Source of the DNA: Klebsiella phage phiKp_32
Reading direction: 5' to 3' (one strand)
DNA: 64,000 nt
Sequence record: LC768500.1
This document shows positions 1-10,894 of the stretch, in pieces. Numbering within the stretch: position 1 is the stretch's first letter; every line of letters starts with the position of its first letter. The notes under the pieces are model-generated. The model searched no databases. It had not been told where the DNA came from and saw only the letters and a program-made list of their open reading frames with translations. The position numbers were made by a program, and so were the translations under genes.

Positions 1-2
1 TA

Positions 3-1136
3 TTCGGAACAAAAGTAAAGGATTCTGCCTCAGACACTCCAGGAAGATCCGGAATAAAACTGTATAATTGCGTTAACGTTAGAATCGATAATGTGAACGC
101 CTCTTATATAGGGTGGTATGGTGTAGAGGTTATGGGATGCAGTGAAAACGTAGATGTAAATCGTTTATACGGCGTGGATTGTCGACATACCGTTTCCATG
201 AACTGGATCGAATCTGGTGACCTTTATGGCGGACCTATGTGGGTTTCGGTAAGGAACTCAGCAAGTCACGCTGCAAGATTAAGTGGGTTTGACACTCATG
301 ATCTAGGAAAGGGGATCGCATTTATTAATTGTCAGAGCTTCGATTCCGGCGACGATGGATTCCAAGTAAGGGCGATGGACACCGTTCTAATCGATTGTCA
401 TGCTGAAGGATCGACACTTGATGGGTTCGGCGGAGCTACTGGCGCAAAGAACAGCAAATTAGTAAACTGTTCTTTCAACTACAACGTCAGATACGGAATT
501 AACTTAGGTTATGAAGGTGGTATTGTTATCGACTGTGACGTCGATAATAACGGTTACATGGGGATTTGTACCATCGGCGGACTTATCCAAGGAGGCTCGG
601 TCACCAATAATTATCCGGCTGCTATCGATATAGGTGCCGGATTTAATGCCGCCCAAACCGATCTCAAAATCGATGGTGTTAGAATGCCCTCTTCGACCGC
701 CCAGACAAAAATTTTGAGTTTTGCTGGTGACGCGGTAGCCGCTAACAACAAACCTGAGCTGGTCAGAATGGAAAATTGTTACGTTCCTGGTTACGGAAGA
801 GATTGGGCCCGACTGGTATCGTTCACCGTCCAACCTTTACCTCCGGTGCTTAATAATAATCTACTTACTTCCAGCTTAACCTCCCCTGGAAAAATAAGCG
901 GGCAAGTCCAATTATCTGCAGGGACGGCCACGGTAACAACCACAGAGGTTTTCTCACAACTTGGTAGCGGCGCAAATGTTTTAAAATACTCATCGCAGAT
1001 TAAGTTGAAACCTATCGCTCGTTCTGCCAATATAGGCGCTCATTATGTTTCAGCAATCAACAACGGGACGTCCTTTGTAATCAATTCAACCAATTCCTCG
1101 GATGGCTCGACCATTTATTGGGAAATAACACTTTAA
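3..1136 (+). CDS. Tailspike/tail-fibre protein, C-terminal part (5' end lies upstream of the window); parallel beta-helix repeats
   Basis: Frame 3 is open from the window edge (FGTKVKD...). Beta-helix-like repeats (NCSFNYNVRYGINLGYEGGIVIDCDVDNNGYMG). Terminator hairpin follows. Confidence 0.65.
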   Translation, partial: FGTKVKDSASDTPGRSGIKLYNCVNVRIDNVNASYIGWYGVEVMGCSENVDVNRLYGVDCRHTVSMNWIESGDLYGGPMWVSVRNSASHAARLSGFDTHDLGKGIAFINCQSFDSGDDGFQVRAMDTVLIDCHAEGSTLDGFGGATGAKNSKLVNCSFNYNVRYGINLGYEGGIVIDCDVDNNGYMGICTIGGLIQGGSVTNNYPAAIDIGAGFNAAQTDLKIDGVRMPSSTAQTKILSFAGDAVAANNKPELVRMENCYVPGYGRDWARLVSFTVQPLPPVLNNNLLTSSLTSPGKISGQVQLSAGTATVTTTEVFSQLGSGANVLKYSSQIKLKPIARSANIGAHYVSAINNGTSFVINSTNSSDGSTIYWEITL

Positions 1137-1194
1137 CCTTTGCTGGATGGTGATTGGTCGACGCCGGTCTAAAACTAATTTGTTAGGATCATTT

Positions 1195-1228
1195 AAAATC
1201 CAACCGGTCTTAAGACCGGTTGGATTTT
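1195..1228 (+). terminator. Stem-loop aaaatccaaccggtct/agaccggttggatttt after the tailspike gene
   Basis: Perfect 16-bp inverted repeat followed by a T-run. Confidence 0.6.
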
Positions 1229-1270
1229 ATGCTTACCGATATTTCAACCTTCCTGACCCGAGGAATAGCA

Positions 1271-3502
1271 ATGACTTTACCAACGCAAAAACCTATTCCG
1301 AGTTCATCCATAACTGATCAATTATTTAATGCCGAAAAGATAGATCAGGTTGTTAACTCGGATGAACTAGAATATTCCGATCGTTTCGGAAAGAAACGAT
1401 TCACCTTTTCAGGATTATACAACGTTGTGCAGAATTGGATCAGCAGTTTGGGTTCCAGTTCAGGGGCGTCAGCCGTAGGTCTTAGCCAGGGCGGGACGGT
1501 TCAGGCCGGCCTCTATAACGTTGTTAATGTCGAACAATTTGCTTATCTCAATATTTCAGATGATGATTGGGGTCCGGCTTTTAGAGGGGCCAGGGATAAA
1601 GCAATTGAGATATCGGCTCCGGCGGTTACTTTTAAAGGTCACTACAAAATAAAAGTAAGCTCCGGCCCGACCACTCACACCCTGCCTTTCGACGACGGAA
1701 CTTACGATACAAGAAGAACTGGCGAAGTTCTACTTTCTCCAGAAACCTTGAACACAATGCCTGTGGGATTGGAATGGCCTTCCGGACTCTCCCTGAAATC
1801 AGAAGGGATCGGAAACAACTCAATTACTTTTGATTGGGATAATACCACTGTTGGGTTGTCTCAGGGGATTGGGATCTGTATCAGGGTCAGAAACTGGGAC
1901 GGAACTTATCTTGCTAAGGCCGGCTCAGTTAATCGCATGAATAGCGATATAGCCAATGTGGAGTTTGATGGGTTTAGCGTAAATAACGCCTTTATCGGAA
2001 TACTGGCTGATGGTATCGTGGGATCGGTCAGTTGGGGCAGCCTCCAGTTTAAGAAATGTTTCTTACCTATGACTTGGCAGGGCGCCGACAGATGCACGAT
2101 TAAGAAACTGAGATTTACAGATTGTCCGACTGGATTCTCGGTAGGTGGATGGTGGTTGACCCGTAACGACATCTCAGGATCCAATACCGGGCTGGGGGTT
2201 CCGCCTTATGTTGCTGGAACCGACGTGTACTGCATCGGCTGGATGGACTTCGTTAAAATTGAATCTCTGGAGTATTCTAATAGTACTTCGTTTGACAATT
2301 CCCCGTTGTTTGCCGCGGTAGATACTTTCTTCGACACCTATTTCTACAAAAGCGCGAACAGCGCTAGAACTGCTAGTGGTGGTCGATGCACTAATACAGG
2401 TCCTAACCTAACTAGCGCGAGTACGTTAGCGGCAGATTCTCCGTTCTTAGGTATCGCCGGGCGTGCTCACTCACAAATGGGGCGTTACCACCGAAATCAC
2501 ATCTTGAATGAAATTATTTCTCTCAAGACCTGGGGATGTTTCAGGGCATCGGTCCTTACCACGGCTAATGGAAACTCGGAGCTCAATGTCCCGGGGTGCA
2601 TAGTGGGTACCGCGTACATCGAACAGGCCTGTAAGGTCACGGTTGGCGGTGACGCCACGGTGGGGGGAAGTAATGACTTCGTTACATCAGGTAAAGATGT
2701 TTGGAAAGGGACAAAAACTTATTCTAAGTATTATGCTGGTGAAGGATCCGTAATCGTTAAAGATGGATGGTCTGTTAATAGTTTGGGTTTGTTCCCGTCG
2801 GCGCGGACTGTTGCAAGAAACGATAACGGGTATAATAACAGACTAAGAAGGACAATTGTCGACGATGGTACAGGGAAACCGGTCATACTCGAACAGCTTT
2901 CTGAAACGGTCTATGCGACCCCTCCTCAGAAATTTATTCCCAACGCCGTCGGTTCAGTGGACGATAAGTATTACTGGGTTCAGTTTGAGAAGAACGTTTC
3001 TTCAAAGGCCGCTCTTTATTCTGGTGTTCCGACAACGGCTGCGCAAACACCTATAACAGCTCCGGCGATTAAAGTAATAATGGAACGCCTAGGTAACCGA
3101 GTTAAATTAAAAATTAATTTGGATGCGTCAAATTATGCAGCTGGCGGCAGTAATCCGGTGGTAATCGGATTTACTGGGATTTATAAGCCCATTATTGCTA
3201 CGAGTTCCGATTATGCCCTCGGCGCATACGGCCCGGTGAGACCCATAATGGTCAGCACCAAAACATTTACGGTTACTGATTCTACTTCAGTGAGCCGGAC
3301 GTTTAGGATCGAGCCGGTAGCGCATCAAGCTGGGGTGTTCACTGATGGCGCCGGGGTTAATAACTACTACTTTGTTTTGCTCACCCAGCATCATACTTCT
3401 GACACTAATAGACTGTTGTGGTCGGATTTCACCGGTTCGTTATGTCAGATAGAAATAGAATATGATACGAATGACACTATCACTTCATCCAGCGTATTTT
3501 AA
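1271..3502 (+). CDS. Tailspike / receptor-binding protein with conserved N-terminal anchor module
   Basis: Starts MTLPTQKPIPSS...NSDELEYSDRFGKKRFTFSG after RBS gagga. N-term shared with 5 other genes here; long divergent C-term. The ORF-track start at 1220 is upstream of the conserved start. Confidence 0.8.
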   Translation: MTLPTQKPIPSSSITDQLFNAEKIDQVVNSDELEYSDRFGKKRFTFSGLYNVVQNWISSLGSSSGASAVGLSQGGTVQAGLYNVVNVEQFAYLNISDDDWGPAFRGARDKAIEISAPAVTFKGHYKIKVSSGPTTHTLPFDDGTYDTRRTGEVLLSPETLNTMPVGLEWPSGLSLKSEGIGNNSITFDWDNTTVGLSQGIGICIRVRNWDGTYLAKAGSVNRMNSDIANVEFDGFSVNNAFIGILADGIVGSVSWGSLQFKKCFLPMTWQGADRCTIKKLRFTDCPTGFSVGGWWLTRNDISGSNTGLGVPPYVAGTDVYCIGWMDFVKIESLEYSNSTSFDNSPLFAAVDTFFDTYFYKSANSARTASGGRCTNTGPNLTSASTLAADSPFLGIAGRAHSQMGRYHRNHILNEIISLKTWGCFRASVLTTANGNSELNVPGCIVGTAYIEQACKVTVGGDATVGGSNDFVTSGKDVWKGTKTYSKYYAGEGSVIVKDGWSVNSLGLFPSARTVARNDNGYNNRLRRTIVDDGTGKPVILEQLSETVYATPPQKFIPNAVGSVDDKYYWVQFEKNVSSKAALYSGVPTTAAQTPITAPAIKVIMERLGNRVKLKINLDASNYAAGGSNPVVIGFTGIYKPIIATSSDYALGAYGPVRPIMVSTKTFTVTDSTSVSRTFRIEPVAHQAGVFTDGAGVNNYYFVLLTQHHTSDTNRLLWSDFTGSLCQIEIEYDTNDTITSSSVF

Positions 3503-3517
3503 CATTTAAGGTGTGAT

Positions 3518-5704
3518 ATGACACTCCCAACACAAAACGCCGTTCCTAGTTCAGCTAAGAACGACCAGCTCTTTAATGCTGAGAAGATAGACCAGGTCGT
3601 TAATAGCGACGACCTCCAATATACTGACCGTTTCGGTAAGAAGCGATTTACTTTTACCGGGCTTTACAATATCATCCAGAATTGGATGGGTGGCATTAGT
3701 GGGCTCACCGGAGCAAACAACGTAGGGACGTTATCTGGTCTGTCCGTTCAGTCCGAATTGATTGGAGTACAGTCGGTAGAAGCTTTGCGATCACTTGAAC
3801 CGACTTATACGGATCAGAGAGTAAAGGTTTTGAGATCATCCCCCACCGGGGTTATTTTGAATCACGACGTTTACTATGATTCATCCGATAAAACTTCATC
3901 GGATAACGGATACTCGGTCTTTGTTACTCCCAATGGGAATAGGTGGAAGACCGATATTACCAACGGGTATAACCCATTATTTTTAATAGGGCAGGAAGGG
4001 TACACTGACATATCGTCTGCGATTAACAAAATCGCCTATGATCTGGCGGTACGGTGGGGTAATAATAAAGGCGTAATAGACTTCTGCACCACTATAAGGA
4101 TTCCGGGTAAGTTATTTGGTCAAACACGATATAACGTGACCGGACCTATCCATATCCCGTCGTTCGTTTCCCTAAGCATGGACGTTGACACATACTTTGA
4201 TTACTATACCGTGACTAACACAGACGGGATTATTATCGATAATAGTTATTTCCCGATGCTGTTAGACTCGGCGTACGATCCGTCTACTGCAGCCAGACCA
4301 AGATCAGTCCTATTATGGGAAGCGTCCAGAGAAGTCTTTATTGGCGGGAGACTCATCTTAACCCACCCTATAGGGTCGTCAAGAACATCTAATACCGGAA
4401 TAACGATAGGGAATACCGCTAGCGGATTCATAGATGTCAGAGGGTGTAATTTAAACAATTTTGAATGTTTTGGATTTTATTTCGGGATAAAAATAAATCC
4501 AATTGATGTTTATATCAACTCATTCTCCCGATTCCATTTAGGCCGCAACTATAACGCTGTTGCGGTTTTAGGAGATACAAAGACTAACGCCGGGGAAAAA
4601 TTTAATTTCAGTAACGCCACGATCTCCGATTCAGATTCCGACTTAATTTACATTGAGAATAACGGATTTGAATTGTTCTTTTCTGACGTGTCCTTAGACT
4701 ATCCAACAGGTGATCTAGTAAAAATCACCAAACTCGGTAATGCTTACGTCTCTTTCAATCAGTGCCATATTGAAGGCGTCCAGGGCATGTTAGTGAATGT
4801 AACAGGTTCTACTCTTTTTCCAAAATACGGAAAGAGAATCGTATTTTCGAATTGCATGATTGATATTTCTTCAGGGCAAAGTACCTGGAACAGAACTTGG
4901 TTCTTCTCCTCAACCATCAATACTTTCGTAATGGTGGATAAAACAACCAGGTTCTGGCCATCGACCGCTACGCTCAATTCGAGTAAAACCGCGTATCATT
5001 CTCTTATTAATAACGGTTCTCCAGCAAATAACGCCATTACTTTAGATTACCAATTATCAGACGAAGACCTTATTGACGCATCTACCTTTGTCCTGGGTCA
5101 GTTTAAGCCGGTAGGTGTCAACAAGAGGGTTATAAGTACCAATTCTTATTCCGGTACCGTCGGGAACGCCTACACTGGAGGGAGTTCTTCCACTGATTCT
5201 TGGGGTTGGTATATAGTCAACGGATCGTGGACTTATGCTTCAGCCGATGCATCCGATGGCGATGGTTTGCAGGCGATTTCTTTAACCTCGGACGATGCGA
5301 CTAAAAGCTTTTTCGTAATGTGTTCGCTACCGTGGAACACATTACCTCAAGAGAAATTTAGAGCGCTGGGCGCCATTAAGGTGTATAGCGGGTATACCGG
5401 CTCGGTAAACGTTTCTTGTCTAGTCGAGGCTCATAGTTTGCTGACAATGAACAGTACAGCAGTGGCCGATAATGTGATAGCGACTACTTACAGTCCGGCG
5501 GTAGATGTAGCGGCATTGGCCGCTGCGAATTCCAGGGTCGGTATGTTCCAAGGTTTCTGCACGCAAGCGGCCCAGGTTAACTCATATAGTAATTCTACTC
5601 ACCCGTTACAATTTGTTAGAGTAGGGTTTAAAATAACTGGATTCACTGGAACGATTGAATTGAAGTTACCGACGGTAACCAGTCATAGACTGCTGACAGC
5701 TTAA
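3518..5704 (+). CDS. Tailspike / receptor-binding protein with conserved N-terminal anchor module
   Basis: MTLPTQNAVPSS...NSDDLQYTDRFGKKRFTFTG N-term; beta-helix-like middle region; RBS aagg. Confidence 0.8.
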   Translation: MTLPTQNAVPSSAKNDQLFNAEKIDQVVNSDDLQYTDRFGKKRFTFTGLYNIIQNWMGGISGLTGANNVGTLSGLSVQSELIGVQSVEALRSLEPTYTDQRVKVLRSSPTGVILNHDVYYDSSDKTSSDNGYSVFVTPNGNRWKTDITNGYNPLFLIGQEGYTDISSAINKIAYDLAVRWGNNKGVIDFCTTIRIPGKLFGQTRYNVTGPIHIPSFVSLSMDVDTYFDYYTVTNTDGIIIDNSYFPMLLDSAYDPSTAARPRSVLLWEASREVFIGGRLILTHPIGSSRTSNTGITIGNTASGFIDVRGCNLNNFECFGFYFGIKINPIDVYINSFSRFHLGRNYNAVAVLGDTKTNAGEKFNFSNATISDSDSDLIYIENNGFELFFSDVSLDYPTGDLVKITKLGNAYVSFNQCHIEGVQGMLVNVTGSTLFPKYGKRIVFSNCMIDISSGQSTWNRTWFFSSTINTFVMVDKTTRFWPSTATLNSSKTAYHSLINNGSPANNAITLDYQLSDEDLIDASTFVLGQFKPVGVNKRVISTNSYSGTVGNAYTGGSSSTDSWGWYIVNGSWTYASADASDGDGLQAISLTSDDATKSFFVMCSLPWNTLPQEKFRALGAIKVYSGYTGSVNVSCLVEAHSLLTMNSTAVADNVIATTYSPAVDVAALAAANSRVGMFQGFCTQAAQVNSYSNSTHPLQFVRVGFKITGFTGTIELKLPTVTSHRLLTA

Positions 5705-5855
5705 TCGGCCGCTGGTAGATCGTTTCTTATTCTGGTTAGCCGGCGTCTTCTTCCGTTTACTAGGTTATCGGGCTTTTAAAGGCCCGATAGTTATAATTGA
5801 TGGACGGGTGTAGCGACCGAATCTCTTTAGTCATTTTGGTATTTCAATCATTAAT

Positions 5856-5886
5856 CTAACACCCCGTGTTCAACACGGGGTGTTAG
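5856..5886 (+). other. Perfect hairpin ctaacaccccgtg ttcaa cacggggtgttag between tailspike genes
   Basis: 13-bp inverted repeat; no strong T-run, so it may be regulatory rather than a terminator. Confidence 0.5.
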
Positions 5887-5896
5887 GAGTCTTTCA

Positions 5897-8169
5897 ATGA
5901 CACAGCCAACTAAGAATCCTATTCCCAGTGGGAATATATTAGATCAAATTTTTAACGGGGAAAAGATCGACGAGGTGGTGAACAGCGATAATGAGCAATA
6001 CTCAGACCGTTTCGGTATTAAACGTTTCACAGTAACGGGACTTGCGAAGTTAGTTAAAGATCTTATTGCATCTATCTCCGGTGTGGGTGGCGCGGCTAAC
6101 GTAGGATTGGCTCAGGGAGGAAATATCCAACAGGCGATATCTTATATCACGCCTGAAATGTCAGGAATCGTCACCGGTGTCGGAAATGCGGATGACGACA
6201 CGTCAGCAATACAATGGGCTTTTAATCAAAACCTCCCCATCGTCTTTAACCCTAAAAAGGTTTACCACATAAATCCTGGGGTTATCACTCACGTCGGTGC
6301 TGTAGATGTCAAGGCCTCCACCGCTACCTTTGTTTCTGACGGTCCTGCTTTTGAGATCATAGATTGCGACGGTAGTCAATGGGACGGGGGTATTTTTGTT
6401 TCGCAAACTATTCCGTGGACCGTTGTGTACGATGCCGGGTTCAATGTGATAGAGTCCGGAAGATTGGGGTATGGTAGGATGCCTTATCAGGACAGCGGGG
6501 TCGATCCGAATTTTCTATATCAAAAAATAGCCTGCTCTTTAATTTTTAGATCGTCTGATCAGTCTGTGAAAGACGGACTTCTGGTTAAAAATATTAAAGG
6601 GAGTTACGCTAATATAGTCTGCGCTGGCTTTAAAAATACGGTTTTTGACAATTTAGAGATTAGAGGGGGGCTTTAGGGGCAGCTCTTCTTATCCTTAATG
6701 ATTGCGAACAACCGGTTCTTTCTGGTTTTGGGTGGAATGCGGGGGCGGATACAAGTAAAGGTAATAGTTTTAAATGGGGTAGAGGAACTAATCACATTAT
6801 TAAGAATTCGAAGTTTTTCGAATCCAGACAAATGGGTCTGGCCATTATGGGGTCGGATAATATAATATTATCCGATATTTGGACTTATGACAACGCCGAA
6901 TCCGGAATACAGACCGGTCAATATTCGGCAGCCTACCCCCAAGAATCAATAATTTCCAAACACATAACCCAAAAAGGATGTCTGTCGTGGGGCAACTATT
7001 ACGACGGGTTTGACCACGCCACCGTCACGTCTGGTGCCAACGGTCCTTATTTTGAAAAACACCTGAACATGATTGGTAACCAGGCGTTCAATAATAGAGC
7101 TACTGGGATGGTGGTCCAAGGAAACTTTTTACAAATTAATAATAATGAGTTCTCTGTTAACGGAACACACGGGGTTTCTATAAGAGATTCATCGGTTATA
7201 GATGTTTCCGACAATATCATGTACAAGAACGGAGCGATTTCCGGTGGGTATGGGTTGGTAGTTGTCGGGACCGATAGTTTGATTAAAGACAATACCATTA
7301 TTAACGACGAAACACTTGCAAACTCACATATTGTTAATATTTCCGTGGGTAATCAAGCAAGAAAAATTTTCGATGTTAAATTTATTACCTCCCTAATTTC
7401 AGTTCGTTCTTCCCCTACAATGGTTATTGGAAATGGTGTCGATATATCGTACACCAAAACAACTTCTAATGGAGCGGTTACATCCAGCGGTACAAAATCA
7501 AGTTTGGTTAAAGGGGATTTTGTCGCAGGAAAAACTAACAGTGAGTTTTACGATGATGAGTTTGGCGCTGTTCAGGCTTGGAAGCACCCTTATACCGGGT
7601 CGTATTTAAGATTAGGTCCCCTGGATACAGGCAGAACGACTAACGGGCCTTTTACAATAAGTTACAATAGGGGTAAAAACACAACTGCTCCTACTGGATA
7701 TTCTGATAACACAGGGATAGGGTCCACCGAATTAATATTTAATCCCACGTCGTTTATGCTGAATATCTATGCAGCCAATAGCCCGATAACCCCAGTCGTG
7801 GGTTACTCATTTAATACGACTAGTGTAAGACCAACGATTACCAATTTTGCTACTTTAGGAGAAAACAATTACCGGTTCAAAACTCTATATTTAAACTCCT
7901 TCGTTATTTCAGACTCAGGAATAATCCCTGAACAAACAAATATCGTTGATTTGGGTTCGGGCACAAAACGGATAAGAACAGGTTATTTTAACGCCCTCGA
8001 TCTTAGCACTTCGCCTAAAATAGGGAGTGGTGAAGCGGCGGTTATTGTTCAGCCTCCCGCGACTTCAACTTCGAATGGGACGAAGGGGCAGATTGCTTAT
8101 GATACCTCCTATATTTATTTGTGTGTTTCGGCCAATACCTGGATGAGATCACCATTATCATCTTGGTAA
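5897..8169 (+). CDS. Tailspike / receptor-binding protein interrupted by a frameshift at a G6 tract. N-terminal part 5897-6676 (frame 2); C-terminal beta-helix part open from 6664 (frame 1) to 8169.
   Basis: Conserved N-term MTQPTKNPIPSG...DRFGIKRFTVTG. Frame 2 stops at 6674-6676; frame 1 is open from 6664 and continues as beta-helix sequence. One extra G in 6665-6670 would fuse them into a 757-aa protein. Confidence 0.7.
6665..6670 (+). repeat. G6 homopolymer at the frame junction of the split tailspike
   Basis: agaGGGGGGcttTAG read directly; slippage-prone tract. Confidence 0.9.
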
Positions 8170-8177
8170 TAACATAA

Positions 8178-8220
8178 TTCGATATCTCGACGGATAATCC
8201 GTCGAGATATCGATAATTTT
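8178..8220 (+). terminator. Hairpin ttcgatatctcgacgg ataat ccgtcgagatatcgataatttt
   Basis: Long perfect inverted repeat plus T-run after the tailspike gene. Confidence 0.65.
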
Positions 8221-8287
8221 ATGCTGATCTAAATTCAGTAGACTTGCGCAAGTCTTTTATACTACATTCTTTTAAAGGAGTAACCTC

Positions 8288-10846
8288 GTGGCTACAACTC
8301 CAACTACGGGTGACATCCCCAGCAATGCTGCGGTGGACCTCAAGTTTAACTCGGAACAATTCGACCGAGTAATGAATTCTGACGATCTGACTTATACGGA
8401 TCGTTTTGGTAAAAAACGCATTACAATGAAAGGGGTTCAGGAACTCGCTAATGGCTTCCAGGATACTTTCACCAATCTGTTGGGTTCTCCCGACGGGTTT
8501 AAACTGATCGGCGGAGTAAAGTCTTTTGACACCCTGAGATCAACCCCAGTGAAAACCGAAGGTCAGCGTATTTTCCTCAAGTCTTACTATCAAGATGGAG
8601 TCGACGGCGGTGGGCTCTTCATAGGACACATCGGAACCAAGTTAGATGACTCCGGAACCGTTGCCCAGGGAGTTAACTACTACTGGGAGCGAGTTCTAGG
8701 CGGAATTACACCCACGGTAGAGATGTTCGGTTGCCCTAACAGCACGACTGTTGACGCCGGCCCTTATATCACTTTAGCGCTAGGAGTTGTTGGCGAAGTA
8801 CGTTTACAGGATAGAACGTATTACGTGGACTCGGCGGATATTCCATCGGGCAGCAGGATTGTTTCTTTGGGTGGGGCTGTGATAAGGCCGTTAACCTCCA
8901 ATGCTTCTGCTAAATTTAACCTAGGTTCTGGAAGAGAAAAAATAAGATTTGAGAATATTAAATTCTCTGATCCGGCCGGCCTCGTTACCAGTGAAGACGC
9001 CCTTTTAATAAATGCCGAAAGCATCACCGGATTGACTATTACCAATTGCACCTTTGAAGGTTTAAAGCAGCGTTGTGTTAGAGTTAGAAATGGTTCCGGG
9101 ATAAAAATTACCGATAACAAATTCAGAGGAAGTCTCCCGCATTCTCAATTAAGCGATGAAAGATCCGCTGAGATTTATCTGGTTGACACCCTAGCACACG
9201 TGATCGTCTCTAATAATCAGTTCTATGGGACCGACAGTGGGTTATGGGGGTCTAGAGAAATTGGGGTGTTTGTTCACGCGGTTACGTCAGGGGCGTATTG
9301 GAATGACGTGCATATCGTGTCCAACTACTTCGAAAACTATCGTCGGTTTGGTATAGGCGTGGGAACTCAGGATATAGGAACCCTAGACCAGTTATCAAAA
9401 AATGTATGGATTACCGAAAATACAATTATTAACTCCGGCCAAGAAGGGATCAAAATGAAAGCCGGGTCGATAGTCCATGTTGATAACAACACTGTCGACG
9501 GATTTGAAGGAATAATGGCTGAGGTGCCGGATTCCTTGAACGGCGGAATTTTCATGCAAATTAACGCCGAGTCTACTTGTAACGGCAACCGTATTTATGG
9601 GAAAAATAAGAAGTTATGGTCCGGTGCCGTAACTTCGGCCACTGGTACAACAGTTTCTCTTCCCACAAGTAACTGGACGACATATACGATATCAGCAACC
9701 CAAGGTAGCGGAGTCAGTACCATTGCCGGCAAGTATGTTTATATAAGTTCAGGAACTGGAGTGGGTCAGTGGCGCCGGATTTCTAGCTGGAACAGCACGA
9801 CCAATATGGCTACCGTCAACACCGCATGGACGACCGTTCCGGATACGACCAGCGTGATAGAAGTTTATAGCAACCCCTCCATGGGCATAAAGTATCGCGG
9901 GAATAACACGGGTGGGTCCACCTGGGCCGATAGTAGAACCGCAAGATGCTTCCAAAGCATGAACAACTATGTGGAAGGCTGCGAGGTGGGATTTGGGTTA
10001 TCCGAACCCCTTTTCAATTGCCAATTCGGCTCACTTCATGCCCAGAACTGTAGAGCGATACTAAAAACTTATTCTGGAACGCTGAAAACAACCCGCGGGA
10101 TTCAGTTCTTTGGACTGACGGGCCAGTATCTTGACTACCCGTCCACTGACAACTCATCCGCCATAACCTTTACAGACTGTAGCCAAATCGAAATACATGG
10201 CTTAAAAATTTCTGGAAGTTATTACGATGGGTTGAGGTTATCAAATGTCGACAACTTTAAAATTTTCGGCGGTGTTGTGGAAGGATGCGGGATGGGGGTC
10301 AGCGGTCGTTACGGCCTGGCTATTGCTGGTGGTGTGACTAACTTCGAATCACACGGTGTGACCTACGGCGGGGCCAATGCGGGAGCTGGACAAAGCTACG
10401 CCGCATTTTTCCAGAATACTAATAGCGGAATATCCTTCTTCGGCGGCAGTATGCTGGGTAACGTTGCGGGAGTGTTTAACCCAGGGTCGTCTGGAGCTCT
10501 GTATCCTCCAAGAGATACTGTCTTTAGCGGGGTAGCTGGGGCGGGTCAGATTAAGGGCGTGACTCTCGTAGATAATGCGTCCAAAGTAATTGTCCCCGGT
10601 ACTGATAAAGACACTGTTTTATTTAATACCGCGCTGACCGCGATTAGAACAGTAACTTTCTCCACAGCCTTTGTTGAAGATGGTTGCGTGTACACCATCT
10701 GTAGATCGGCCGCCGCCACGGGGAGTTTTGCTCTCAACGTAGTGACCGCGGTAGGAACACAAGCCCTCGCAGCAGGCTCCTACCTAAGAGTTATTTACTC
10801 GAGTACGCTAGGTTGGATTCCTGTTTCCTACGGTTTATTGAGTTAA
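8288..10846 (+). CDS. Tailspike / receptor-binding protein (852 aa) with conserved N-terminal anchor module, GTG start
   Basis: MATTPTTGDIPSNAAVDLKFNSEQFDRVMNSDDLTYTDRFGKKRITMKG; RBS aaaggag; many beta-helix-type repeats (NNQFYG, ITENTIIN). Confidence 0.8.
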   Translation: MATTPTTGDIPSNAAVDLKFNSEQFDRVMNSDDLTYTDRFGKKRITMKGVQELANGFQDTFTNLLGSPDGFKLIGGVKSFDTLRSTPVKTEGQRIFLKSYYQDGVDGGGLFIGHIGTKLDDSGTVAQGVNYYWERVLGGITPTVEMFGCPNSTTVDAGPYITLALGVVGEVRLQDRTYYVDSADIPSGSRIVSLGGAVIRPLTSNASAKFNLGSGREKIRFENIKFSDPAGLVTSEDALLINAESITGLTITNCTFEGLKQRCVRVRNGSGIKITDNKFRGSLPHSQLSDERSAEIYLVDTLAHVIVSNNQFYGTDSGLWGSREIGVFVHAVTSGAYWNDVHIVSNYFENYRRFGIGVGTQDIGTLDQLSKNVWITENTIINSGQEGIKMKAGSIVHVDNNTVDGFEGIMAEVPDSLNGGIFMQINAESTCNGNRIYGKNKKLWSGAVTSATGTTVSLPTSNWTTYTISATQGSGVSTIAGKYVYISSGTGVGQWRRISSWNSTTNMATVNTAWTTVPDTTSVIEVYSNPSMGIKYRGNNTGGSTWADSRTARCFQSMNNYVEGCEVGFGLSEPLFNCQFGSLHAQNCRAILKTYSGTLKTTRGIQFFGLTGQYLDYPSTDNSSAITFTDCSQIEIHGLKISGSYYDGLRLSNVDNFKIFGGVVEGCGMGVSGRYGLAIAGGVTNFESHGVTYGGANAGAGQSYAAFFQNTNSGISFFGGSMLGNVAGVFNPGSSGALYPPRDTVFSGVAGAGQIKGVTLVDNASKVIVPGTDKDTVLFNTALTAIRTVTFSTAFVEDGCVYTICRSAAATGSFALNVVTAVGTQALAAGSYLRVIYSSTLGWIPVSYGLLS

Positions 10847-10864
10847 TTAATCCAAGAGGGAGAT

Positions 10865-10888
10865 TTAGATCTCCCTCTACCTAAAAGG
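10865..10888 (+). terminator. Hairpin agagggagat ttag atctccctct
   Basis: Perfect 10-bp inverted repeat directly after the stop. Confidence 0.5.
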
Positions 10889-10894
10889 TGAGTT

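Noticed and set aside
504-1030. Minus-strand ORFs 504-833 and 791-1030 (also 1632-1823, 1906-2184, 4246-4458, 4759-4977, 6203-6406, 7047-7298, 8821-9120, 9367-9588, 9749-9955, 10546-10737, 11030-11802) inside tailspike genes
   Set aside because: They are embedded antisense in long, motif-supported tailspike ORFs and have no RBS: shadow ORFs.
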